A DNA stretch of 64,000 bases, taken from positions 68,165 through 132,164 of the forward strand of contig JBEBKD010000003.1 of assembly GCA_040079515.1 (NCBI GenBank), in the 5' to 3' direction. The notes below the pieces were generated by a model. That model was not told the origin of the DNA. It saw nothing but the letters and a program-made list of their open reading frames with translations, and searched no databases. A program made the translations under genes and the position numbers. The DNA comes from Lysobacteraceae bacterium (GTDB lineage Bacteria > Pseudomonadota > Gammaproteobacteria > Xanthomonadales > Xanthomonadaceae). Below, piece by piece: positions 1 through 9,110 of the stretch. Each line of letters begins with the position of its first letter. The stretch's first letter is position 1.

Positions 1-291
1 GAGCAGGAGGGCTCGGAAAAGCTCTGCCGCCGTCAGCTTGCCGGCCGCAGCTACCGGGTGCTGATGCAGTTCGGCGACCAGCTCGGCGATTTCGCCCAGA
101 TCCTCGCCAACACGCCCGAAGCCCGCGCGGAATTGCAGGCACAGCACCGCGGCTGGTTCGGCCAGCGCTGGTGGATGCTGCCCAACCCGAGCTACGGGTC
201 GTGGGAGCCGGCGGTGTTCAACAACGACTGGCGCCAGCCACGCGAGCAGCGCCGCGCACTCAAGCGCGATGCGCTGAAGGTCGCCGAGTGA
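1..291 (+). CDS. 5'-nucleotidase/acid phosphatase, lipoprotein e(P4) family (3' end only; begins upstream of window)
   Basis: Frame is open from base 1 (EQEGSEKLCRRQLAGRSYRVLMQFGDQLGDF...FGQRWWMLPNPSYGSWE). The GDxLxDF and LPNPxYGxWE motifs are typical of e(P4)/class C HAD phosphatases. Confidence 0.85.
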   Translation, partial: EQEGSEKLCRRQLAGRSYRVLMQFGDQLGDFAQILANTPEARAELQAQHRGWFGQRWWMLPNPSYGSWEPAVFNNDWRQPREQRRALKRDALKVAE

Positions 292-428
292 ATTCAATTA
301 AAACAGTGTGTTATGAGCTTTTTATTCAAGCATTGCATTAACAACGAGCTGCCGATACCCTGTTGCGTATCCGGCCACGCCGGAACCATGCCACAACCGT
401 GAACCACCGGCTTCGGCCGGACACTTTC

Positions 429-454
429 AGGAGACCTCCGGGTCTCCTTTTTTT
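429..454 (+). terminator. Intrinsic terminator
   Basis: Stem AGGAGACC (429-436) pairs with GGTCTCCT (441-448) around a 4-nt loop; T7 tract at 448-454. Confidence 0.85.
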
Positions 455-501
455 GGGCGGTCGCTTGTCGGACCCGCCCCGGACCGCCAAGATGCGGGAC
501 G

Positions 502-1488
502 ATGCCGCTTCCCGCACGCCCTGCCAGCCGTCCTGTACGCGCTCTGCCCGTCCTGCTGGCGGCGCTGCTTCTGCTGGCGGTCGCCGGCTGCGGCCCGGCA
601 GGCCAACGCATCGCGCCCGGCGCGGCGACCGAGCCGGTACAGGCCGTCGCCCTGCTCACCCAACATCTGCGCGACAACGATCTGGAAGCCTTCGCCCACG
701 ATGCCGTGCCGTCGGATCTGCGGGCACCGCTGGCCACCGCCTGGCAGGCCGGGCGCACCCGCTGGCCGCTGGACGAGCTGCCTTTCGACCAGAAGATCCC
801 CGGCATCGTGGCCACGCTGTCGGCCGACAAGGCCGATGCGCAACTGCGCCGCAGCTTCGACCGCCAGTTCGCCAATGCGAACACCGAGATCCGCGCGGCG
901 GCGAGCGCGCTCGGGCTGTTCGGAGTGAAATTCCTGCAAAGCGACGACACCCTCAGCGCCGAAGAAAGCAGGCACTACGCGCAGTTGGTGTCCGCGATGA
1001 GCGAATGGGGCGCCAGCGCGCCGCTGGGCGACCCCAAGCGCGGGCGCGGCGCGATCGCGCGGCTGACCCTGGCCGCACGCCAGACCGGATTGCGCGAGGA
1101 GGCGGATTTCCCGCGCTTCGGCATGGACGAAAGCCTGCGCCGGCTGAGGCCGCTGATCGCCGCGCTGAAGGAAACGTTGCGCAGCTACGACCTCGACCTG
1201 GACAAGAGCCTGGACGCGATGACGCTCTCGCTGGAGCGCCAGGAGGGCGACCGCGCCCGGGTGCGGATGCGCTACCGGCTGGCCGGCAAGGCCATCGACA
1301 CGGTGGTCGCAGTCGAGCGCATCGACGGCCACTGGTACCTCAGCGATTTCCTGCGCCACGCCCGCGCGGCGGCGGCGCTCGCGCCTGTGGAAACACCCGC
1401 ACCTGAGCAGACGCCCGCGCCGGTCCCCGGCGAACCGCCCGTTGTTCCGCCCACCGGAACCGCGACGAAGCTGCCGCCTTCGTCATAA
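502..1488 (+). CDS. Hypothetical lipoprotein (328 aa)
   Basis: Hydrophobic signal ending in lipobox VAGC; Pro-rich C-tail; its TAA overlaps the plsB ATG (TAATG). Confidence 0.75.
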   Translation: MPLPARPASRPVRALPVLLAALLLLAVAGCGPAGQRIAPGAATEPVQAVALLTQHLRDNDLEAFAHDAVPSDLRAPLATAWQAGRTRWPLDELPFDQKIPGIVATLSADKADAQLRRSFDRQFANANTEIRAAASALGLFGVKFLQSDDTLSAEESRHYAQLVSAMSEWGASAPLGDPKRGRGAIARLTLAARQTGLREEADFPRFGMDESLRRLRPLIAALKETLRSYDLDLDKSLDAMTLSLERQEGDRARVRMRYRLAGKAIDTVVAVERIDGHWYLSDFLRHARAAAALAPVETPAPEQTPAPVPGEPPVVPPTGTATKLPPSS

Positions 1489-4283
1489 TGGCGGCGCCTA
1501 TGCCGACCTCACCGAACCAACCGACACTGTTCGACGCCGAACCCACCGGCGACGCCACGCAGCCGCCACCGGCTTCCGTTGCGGATACGCCGCCTGTCGA
1601 CGACACCGGCCTGTCGCTGCCCGTCGAAGAGCGCAAGTCCGAAACGCTCGTGGACGACGCGACGCCGCAACAAGCCGAGCTGACGATGCTGCCGGTGCTG
1701 ATAGCGCCAGCGACGCCTCCACCGCCGCGCGGCCGCAGGCCCTGGTGGGCAGGCCTGCTGGGCAAAGTGCTGGAGCCCTGGATCGAGCTGCGGATCGAAC
1801 CGCTGCCCGAGGCGCTGGCCGACGATCCGCGCCCGATCTGCTATGTGCTGGAAGACTACGGGCTGTCGAACGCGCTGATTCTCGACCGCGCCTGCCATGA
1901 AGCGGGACTGCCCTCGGGGCTGCGGCCGCTGGCCGGCGATCCGCTGAAGCGTGGACGCGCCTACGTCGCGCTGTCGCGGCGCAATGCAGGCAACACCCTG
2001 GTCAAGGCCGCCGACATGGCCGTGGATATGGCGGTGGACATCGCCACCGGCAAGCCGCCGAAAATGGCGCGCCCGGCGCGGCGCCACTCCGAGGCGCTGG
2101 CACGACTGCTGGAAGCGCATCGGATCGATCCAACGATGGACGTGCAACTGGTACCGGTGTCGATCTTCGTCGGTCGTGCGCCGGACCGGAACAACGGCTG
2201 GTTCTCGGTGCTGTTCTCGGAGAACTGGACGCTGGTCGGCCGCTTCCGCCGGCTGCTCGCGATCCTGCTCAACGGCCGCGACACCCATGTGCAATTCTCG
2301 GCGCCGGTCGCGGTGCGCGGCGTGGTCGCCGAAGATCTGCCGCCCGAACGCACCGTGCGCAAACTGTCGCGCGTGCTGCGCACCCACTTCAACCGCATCC
2401 GCGAGGCGGTGATCGGGCCGGATCTGTCGACGCGGCGATTGCTGATCGACAAAGTGCTGTCCGCCGATCCGGTCAAACAGACGCTGATCGACACCGCACG
2501 CCGCGAGAACAGCAAGGTCGAGGACGCCTGGAAGAAAGCGCATGCCTACGCCTACGAAATCGCCGCCGACTATTCGCCGCCGGTGGTGCGTTCGGCCTCG
2601 TTCCTGCTGACCACGGTGTGGAACCGCATCTATCGCGGCGTGCTGGTGCATCACCTCGACGCGCTCAAGCAGGTCGCGCCCGGCTACGAAGTGGTCTATG
2701 TGCCCTGCCACCGCAGCCACATGGACTATCTGCTGCTGAGCTATCTGCTGTACACCAAGAACATCGTGCCGCCGCATATCGCCGCCGGCATCAATCTGAA
2801 TCTGCCGGTGATCGGTACGGTGCTGCGCAAGGGCGGCGCGTTCTTCCTGCGCCGCAGTTTCCGCGGCAACGCGCTGTATTCGGCCGTCTTTTCCGAATAC
2901 GTCGCACAGCTGGTCGCGGGCGGGTATTCGATCGAGTATTTCATCGAAGGCGGACGCTCGCGCACCGGCCGTCTGCTGCAGCCCAAGGGCGGCATGCTGG
3001 CGATGACCATCCGCGCGTATCTGCGCCAACCGACCCGGCCGGTGCTGTTCCAGCCGGTGTACATCGGCTACGAAAAACTGATGGAAGGCAACAGCTACCT
3101 CGACGAGTTGTCGGGCAAACCCAAAGCGAAGGAATCGGTCTGGCACCTGCTGATGGGCATCCCCAAAGTGCTGCGCCAGAACTACGGGCAGGTGGTGGTG
3201 AATTTCGGCGAGCCGATCAAGCTCGCCGACATCCTCGCCGAACAGGCACCGGACTGGGACGGCACGCCGGTCGGCGAAGACGAGAAACCGCAGTGGCTGG
3301 CGGGTGCGATCGATACCCTCGCCGATCGCGTGCAGATCAATATCAACCGCGCCGCCGACGTCAATCCGATCAACCTGCTCGCGCTCGCGGTACTGTCGAC
3401 GCCCAAACACGCGATGGGCGAGGCCGATCTGCTGGCGCAGATCGCGCTGTCGAAAAAGCTGCTCGCCGAGGTTCCCTATTCCGATCGGATCACCGTCACT
3501 CCGCACACGCCCGAGCAGATCGTCGCCCACGGCGAAGACATCGGCGTGCTCGCGCGTACCGCGCATCCGCTGGGCGATGTGCTGCACGTCGACGGCGACA
3601 CCGCGGTGCTGCTCAGCTATTTCCGCAACAACGTGCTGCACCTGTTCGTGGCCACCGCATGGATCGCCTGCTGCTTCCAGCACAACCGGCGGATGAGCCG
3701 CAACACGCTGCTGCGCATCGGCCGCTCGCTGTATCCGTTCATGCAGACCGAATTGTTCCTGCCGTGGAACGAAGACGGTTTCGCCGACCAGATCGGGCAA
3801 ACCATCGCGGTGTTCATCCGCGAAGGCCTGCTGCAACAAGTGAGCGAAGACGATGGCGGCATCCTCGCGCGCAACGCCGGGCAGTCCGACGAAGTCTTCC
3901 GCCTGCGCGCGCTCGGCCACCCGCTGCAGCAGGCGTTCGAGCGCTACTACATCGCGATCTCGGTGCTGGCCAAGAACGGCCCCGGCGCGCTGGGCGCGGC
4001 CGAACTCGAAAGCCTCTGCCACCTCGCCGCACAGCGCCTCAGCCTGCTCTACGCACCGGCCGCGCCCGAGTTCTTCGACAAGACCCTCTTCCGCAGCTTC
4101 ATCCAGAAACTGCGCGAAATGAAGCTCGTATGGGCCGACGAAAACAGCAAACTCGTGTTCGACCAGCGCCTCGACAACTGGGCCAAGGATGCCACCACCA
4201 TCCTCGGCCGCGAATTGCGCCACACCATCGAGAAGGTCAGCCCCGAAGCGGTGAAGCCGGAGACGGAAACCGCTGCGGAGTGA
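1488..4283 (+). CDS. plsB: Glycerol-3-phosphate 1-O-acyltransferase
   Basis: HRSHMDY (HxxxxD), AGINL, GAFFLRR and FIEGGRSRTG acyltransferase blocks; length fits PlsB. Start could be 1488 or 1500. Confidence 0.95.
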   Translation: MAAPMPTSPNQPTLFDAEPTGDATQPPPASVADTPPVDDTGLSLPVEERKSETLVDDATPQQAELTMLPVLIAPATPPPPRGRRPWWAGLLGKVLEPWIELRIEPLPEALADDPRPICYVLEDYGLSNALILDRACHEAGLPSGLRPLAGDPLKRGRAYVALSRRNAGNTLVKAADMAVDMAVDIATGKPPKMARPARRHSEALARLLEAHRIDPTMDVQLVPVSIFVGRAPDRNNGWFSVLFSENWTLVGRFRRLLAILLNGRDTHVQFSAPVAVRGVVAEDLPPERTVRKLSRVLRTHFNRIREAVIGPDLSTRRLLIDKVLSADPVKQTLIDTARRENSKVEDAWKKAHAYAYEIAADYSPPVVRSASFLLTTVWNRIYRGVLVHHLDALKQVAPGYEVVYVPCHRSHMDYLLLSYLLYTKNIVPPHIAAGINLNLPVIGTVLRKGGAFFLRRSFRGNALYSAVFSEYVAQLVAGGYSIEYFIEGGRSRTGRLLQPKGGMLAMTIRAYLRQPTRPVLFQPVYIGYEKLMEGNSYLDELSGKPKAKESVWHLLMGIPKVLRQNYGQVVVNFGEPIKLADILAEQAPDWDGTPVGEDEKPQWLAGAIDTLADRVQININRAADVNPINLLALAVLSTPKHAMGEADLLAQIALSKKLLAEVPYSDRITVTPHTPEQIVAHGEDIGVLARTAHPLGDVLHVDGDTAVLLSYFRNNVLHLFVATAWIACCFQHNRRMSRNTLLRIGRSLYPFMQTELFLPWNEDGFADQIGQTIAVFIREGLLQQVSEDDGGILARNAGQSDEVFRLRALGHPLQQAFERYYIAISVLAKNGPGALGAAELESLCHLAAQRLSLLYAPAAPEFFDKTLFRSFIQKLREMKLVWADENSKLVFDQRLDNWAKDATTILGRELRHTIEKVSPEAVKPETETAAE

Positions 4284-4365
4284 CGCTGTCGATAACCAGT
4301 TCGGCCGCCACCCGACGCGGGTGACGGCGTATTTCTAGCCGCGCTTTTCGAGCCGTGCCTTGTGA

Positions 4366-7300
4366 TCACTTTCCCCGGGACTTCACGGATCGCTGCACGT
4401 CGCGGCGGGTCTTGATCGGCTGTCTTGCCGGCTGTGGCGTGCTGCGTGGTGTGGCCACCGGCCGCGACGAGGGTGCCGAGCGCGCCGCTGGCGTCGCCAC
4501 CTGCGGCTGGCCCGGACCGCCGGTGCGGCGGATCTTCGGCACGATCCGGATCGTGGCGCTGCGGGTGATGCCGTCGTTGAGCACGACGTCCAGGCGCAGA
4601 CAGCTGATCGGGTTGGTCGGATTGATCCACCAGTTGCGACGGTAGCGACCATCGCCGAAATTCTCGAACGTGTCGGTCTCTCCGGCTGGGGGCGTCGGCA
4701 GCGGCACGCCGGTATTCGGACAGCTCACTTCGGTGACGATGGTCTGGGTCAGAGTCGCATTGGTGATCGCCACACCGTTGGCATCGCGTACCCGCCATTC
4801 GAACGGCACCGAGCGCGGTGCTTCCACCAGATACAGTTGGCCGGGATTGCTCAACGGCGCCGACAGCGGCACGAAGTCGTAGACCACGCGGTACGTGGCC
4901 GAGCGGCTGGTCGTGTTGCCTGCGCGGTCCACTGCCGTGCAGGTGACGGTGCGGGTACCGAGCGTGCCGGTGTTGATCGCGCCACAGCTCTGGCTGGCGA
5001 TGCCGGACAGCGCATCGCTCGCGTTGAGTGCGAAATCATGGCTCGCATTGAGCACGATATCGGCCGGCGGCATGTTCACCGACAGCAGCGGCGCGGTCTT
5101 GTCCAGGCTGATCGACAGCGACGCGCCGCCGAAGTTGCCGGCAAGATCGCCCACGCTGTCGTTGAGCGGAATATTGCGTCCTTCCTGCGAAATCGTGCGT
5201 GCGGACGGACAAGGCCCCGCAAGCCCGGACAGCGCGTCCGAACATGCGAACTGCACGCCGACATCGCTGCGGTGCCAACCAGCCGCGTTGGCTGCGGGCG
5301 TTGGCGTCGCCACCACCGATGGCGAGGTCTTGTCGAGGTTGATGCTGAGCGGATTCACTGCCGTGATATTGCCTGCAACATCGCTGACGCTGTTGGCCGG
5401 CGACGGCACATTGCTGCCTTCCTGCACCACCACGTCGCTGCTCGGGCAGCCGGCCACGCCGGAGGTGGCATCGCTGCACGCATACGCGACGATGACATTG
5501 GCACGGTACCAGCCGGCCGCATTCGGGGCGCCGCCCGGTGATGCGGTGATGGTCGGCGGCGTGGCGTCGCGTTTGATGCTGACGTAGCGCCAGCCGTCGC
5601 CGCCGCCGCTGCGCGCGTTGCAGAACTCGCTGCGGTTGGCGGTGTCGGTGTCGATCAGCAGATCCACGCAGCCGTTGGTGAAGGTCACCGGCGTCTGCGG
5701 ATCGGCGATCGACCAGTCCAGCTGCACGTCGCTGCGATACCAGCCGTTGTTTCCCAGCGTGCCGTCGACCAGCACGTCGATCGTCGGCGGACTCGGATCG
5801 ACGGAGACGCGCCACGCGTGCACGACCGGCGTCGGGTCGACGTTGCCGGCAACGTCCTTCGCGCGCACCTGCAGCACGTAGTCGTAGTTGAGTTCGAGAA
5901 ACGAATACAGTTTCGGCGAGCTGCAGGGCACGAAGACGGGAATGACGAACGAGCCGTTGATGCTGCACTCGAATCCGGCCAGGCCGGAGGGATCCGTGCC
6001 TGCCATCGAGAACGCGAAGCTGGCGCTGTAGGGCCCCGCACCCCATTGCGGAAGCGACGGAATCTGGTCGAAGCGCGTGTCCGGGCCGACGGTGTCGCGA
6101 CGGATCGTGACCGTGCGCGATGTGGTGCCGCCGTTGCTGGTGGCGGTGCAGGTGTAATCGGTGCCGTCGGTATCCTGGGAGACGGTGATGGTGCCGCAGC
6201 CGGAGCTGCCGGTGATCGGCGACTGGAAATCGCGCACCCGCCATTCCAGCTGCACATCGATGTTGTACCAGCCGGCCTGGCTGAACTCACCATTGAACAG
6301 CGGTTCGATCGTCGGCGGCGTGACGTCGGCCACCACCACCTGCATGTCGCGGACGGCATAGAAGCCGTTCTCGTCCCTGGCTTCGATCGTGAAGCTGTAG
6401 GTGCCCGGCGGGTCGTAGACCTGGCCGGCGTAGTGGCCGTTCTCGTCCAGCGTGACGCCATGCGGAACGATACCGGCGATGAAGCGGAACTTCGGCGCGA
6501 CGGGCGTATAGCCGGGGGCCTGCATCTGGAAGTCGGCCGCGTAGTCGACGCCGCCCGCCGGGATCGTGGGCAGGGTCTGCGGGCCGATGGTCGGCACCGG
6601 TGCCTGGCCCTGGTCGCTGCTGCCCCAGCAGATGCGGACATCATCCTCGCGCACCGCGCAGCTGTGGGCGAAACCGGCGGCAACCGCCACGAACGTGCCC
6701 TCTTCCGGCGGCGTCGCCTGTGCGCGGTCGTTGCGGCCCCAGCACGCGACGGCGCCATGGCTGAGCAGCGCGCAGTTGTGGAACGCACCGACTGCGAGCG
6801 CACGGTAGGTCGCGCCCGGAAGATCCGGTGGCGTGGTCTGCCCCTCGCTGCCCAGCCCCCAGCACTGCAGGCTGCCATTGATGGCGATGGCGCAACTGTG
6901 GCGCTCGCCGACCGCGACGGCGCGGAATTGCCCGCTCGGCGCTGTCGCTTGACCGTCGGCGTTGTAGCCCCAGCAGGCGAGCGTGCTGTCTTCGCGCAGA
7001 CCGCAGCTGTGGTTCAGGCCGGTGGACACACTGCGGAACAGGCCGGCAGGCGGCGTGCTCTGGCCGTTGACGTTCCATCCCCAGCAGGCCGCCTCGCCCG
7101 TGCCGCGTACCGCGCAGCCGTTGAACTGGCCGATTTCGACCTGACGGACCGTGTTGCCCGGCGGCGTGGCGCCGGCATGGGTGTTGTCGCCCCAGCACGA
7201 CAGCGTGCCGTTGCCGCCGATGGCGCAGGCGTGGTCGCCGTCCGCATCGAGGCCGCGCTGGTAGCCGGACGCGACCGCGCGCTGGCCGAAACTGTTGTCG

Positions 7301-9045
7301 CCCCAGCAGCCCAGACCGCCATTGGTCCGGGACTGGCAGGTATGCGCGGTGCCTGCGTCGAGATTGCCGCTGCCGATCAGATAGGTCGGCGCGGGAATGT
7401 TCGCGACCGTCGTCCCCCAGCAGACCATCCCGTCTTTCACGGCACAGGTGGCGTCGCCGGCGGCCGCGATCGCGGTGAAGGCATCGGTGGTGGGCGCAGC
7501 CAGTTGCCCGTTCTGGTTGTTGCCCCAGCACGACACCACGCCATTGCCGTGGATCGCGCAGGCATGCCGGTCGCCGACCGCGATCTCGTGCAGAGAAGTC
7601 AGACCTTGCGGCGGCGTCAGCGCTGCTGCGTCGGCGCCCCAGCAATGGATGCCGTTGCCGAAGTCGAGCGCGCAGACATTGCCGCCACGGGCGCTGAGCC
7701 TGCCGTAGAACGCACCGGCGGGCACTTGGGCAACCGCAGCGCCCTGGCCCCAGCAGGACAGCGAACTGTTCTCGCGGATACCGCAGCTGAACCCGTCGCC
7801 GACGCTGACGAAATAGAAGCGGCCGGACGGCGCTGTGGCCTGTCCACCCGCATTGTCGCCCCAGCAGGCGACGGTGCCGTCGTCGCGCAGTGCGCAGGCG
7901 TGGCCGACGCCGACGCTGACTGCGGTCATGCGATCGGTCGGTGGCGTTCCCAGCGAAACACCCCAGCAGGACACGCGATCGTCGCGGCCGATGGCGCAGG
8001 CCGTGCTGTCGCCGAAGCTCAGCGCCTTGTAGCGGCTGACGGCCGGGCGCAGCGGTGTGGCGGTGTCGCCTGCGCAGGTGACGTTGCCGTTGAAGTCGAG
8101 CGCGCAGGCCTCGCCGCCTCCGGCCGCCAGCGATACGAACTGGTAGTAAGGCACCAGCAGTTCGCTGCGGCCGTTGGTTCCACCCCAACAGCGGGTATTG
8201 CCATCGACCGTGCGTGCGCAGGTATGCGCGCGGCCGGCGCTGAGCGCGGTGTAGCGGCCGGCGGGCGCGGCGAGCTGGTTGGTGGTGTTGAGGCCCCAGC
8301 ATGCGATGGCACCGTCCTCGCGCAGACCGCAGGAGTACTGGTGGCCGACGGTCAGCGCGGTGAAGCGGACGCCGGTCGGCGCAGCGGTCTGGCCTTGGGC
8401 ATTCGATCCCCAGCACAGCGCTTCACCGTCGCTGCGCAGGGCGCAGGCATGGTTGGCGCCTGTGGCGATCGACAGATACCGCCCGGTGGGCACGGTGCCG
8501 AGGCTGGGGATGCCTGCCGGCTGCCAGCATTGCAGCGTGCCGTCGCCGCGGATCGCACAGCCGCGGTTCTGGGCGACGCTCACTGCCAGATAGCCGGCAT
8601 CGGTGGGCGCAACGCCGGCCATGATCCCGCCCCAGCAGGCCAGACGGCCGTCCGGACGCAGGGCGCAGTTCTCGCCGCGACCGGCGCTGATGGCCACGAA
8701 CGGACCTATCGGTGGCGGGGTGGCGATCGAAGCCGCCTGGCCCCAGCACGCGACCAGACCGTTGCTGCGCAGTGCGCAGGTGTGATCGAAGCCGGCGCTG
8801 ACCGCGAGAAAGCGACCAGTGGACGGCGGCGTACTCTCCAGCGTGCCGTAGGAACCCCAGCAGGTCAGGCTGGCGTCATCGCGCACTGCGCAGCTGTGGT
8901 ATTCGCCGGCATCCAACACCTGACTGGCGGTCTGCAATGCCGCCGAATCGGACGCAAACGCCGACTGCGGCAGCAGCCACGCCATCACGCCCATCAGCGC
9001 GAGCGAAAACCACCGCACACGTTGCACGCCACCCTTCATCTTCAT
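4366..9045 (-). CDS. Secreted RCC1/BLIP-II-repeat protein with Ig-like domains and PxKF-like C-terminal domain (paralogue 1, ~1559 aa)
   Basis: ATG at 9045 with AGGGG RBS and signal peptide MKMKGGVQRVRWFSLALMGVMAWLLPQSAFA; 21 repeats of the form GxxHxCA...CWG; He_PIG-like and DxTPP...AGN Ig-like units; C-terminal RSVPFEWRVRDANG...YRRNWW...LNDG. The ORF-track extension to 9840 is antisense/overlap artefact. Confidence 0.85.
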   Translation of the reverse strand: MKMKGGVQRVRWFSLALMGVMAWLLPQSAFASDSAALQTASQVLDAGEYHSCAVRDDASLTCWGSYGTLESTPPSTGRFLAVSAGFDHTCALRSNGLVACWGQAASIATPPPIGPFVAISAGRGENCALRPDGRLACWGGIMAGVAPTDAGYLAVSVAQNRGCAIRGDGTLQCWQPAGIPSLGTVPTGRYLSIATGANHACALRSDGEALCWGSNAQGQTAAPTGVRFTALTVGHQYSCGLREDGAIACWGLNTTNQLAAPAGRYTALSAGRAHTCARTVDGNTRCWGGTNGRSELLVPYYQFVSLAAGGGEACALDFNGNVTCAGDTATPLRPAVSRYKALSFGDSTACAIGRDDRVSCWGVSLGTPPTDRMTAVSVGVGHACALRDDGTVACWGDNAGGQATAPSGRFYFVSVGDGFSCGIRENSSLSCWGQGAAVAQVPAGAFYGRLSARGGNVCALDFGNGIHCWGADAAALTPPQGLTSLHEIAVGDRHACAIHGNGVVSCWGNNQNGQLAAPTTDAFTAIAAAGDATCAVKDGMVCWGTTVANIPAPTYLIGSGNLDAGTAHTCQSRTNGGLGCWGDNSFGQRAVASGYQRGLDADGDHACAIGGNGTLSCWGDNTHAGATPPGNTVRQVEIGQFNGCAVRGTGEAACWGWNVNGQSTPPAGLFRSVSTGLNHSCGLREDSTLACWGYNADGQATAPSGQFRAVAVGERHSCAIAINGSLQCWGLGSEGQTTPPDLPGATYRALAVGAFHNCALLSHGAVACWGRNDRAQATPPEEGTFVAVAAGFAHSCAVREDDVRICWGSSDQGQAPVPTIGPQTLPTIPAGGVDYAADFQMQAPGYTPVAPKFRFIAGIVPHGVTLDENGHYAGQVYDPPGTYSFTIEARDENGFYAVRDMQVVVADVTPPTIEPLFNGEFSQAGWYNIDVQLEWRVRDFQSPITGSSGCGTITVSQDTDGTDYTCTATSNGGTTSRTVTIRRDTVGPDTRFDQIPSLPQWGAGPYSASFAFSMAGTDPSGLAGFECSINGSFVIPVFVPCSSPKLYSFLELNYDYVLQVRAKDVAGNVDPTPVVHAWRVSVDPSPPTIDVLVDGTLGNNGWYRSDVQLDWSIADPQTPVTFTNGCVDLLIDTDTANRSEFCNARSGGGDGWRYVSIKRDATPPTITASPGGAPNAAGWYRANVIVAYACSDATSGVAGCPSSDVVVQEGSNVPSPANSVSDVAGNITAVNPLSINLDKTSPSVVATPTPAANAAGWHRSDVGVQFACSDALSGLAGPCPSARTISQEGRNIPLNDSVGDLAGNFGGASLSISLDKTAPLLSVNMPPADIVLNASHDFALNASDALSGIASQSCGAINTGTLGTRTVTCTAVDRAGNTTSRSATYRVVYDFVPLSAPLSNPGQLYLVEAPRSVPFEWRVRDANGVAITNATLTQTIVTEVSCPNTGVPLPTPPAGETDTFENFGDGRYRRNWWINPTNPISCLRLDVVLNDGITRSATIRIVPKIRRTGGPGQPQVATPAARSAPSSRPVATPRSTPQPARQPIKTRRDVQRSVKSRGK

Positions 9046-9110
9046 CGCAAACCCCTGTGATTCGAACGCTGACGATCCAAACTTGCATTCACCCAACCGT
9101 GCATGGCCGA

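Noticed and set aside
313-402. 29-codon ORF MSFLFKHCINNELPIPCCVSGHAGTMPQP as a leader peptide
   Set aside because: No RBS, atypical codon usage and no attenuator logic evident; the sRNA or UTR reading is simpler.
1509-4223. Long antisense ORFs (also 5818-9060, 13820-16000, 25059-29621, 27976-29610, 29739-31235, 33905-38068)
   Set aside because: They are shadows of well-supported genes on the opposite strand in high-GC DNA; no motifs, RBS or realistic composition.
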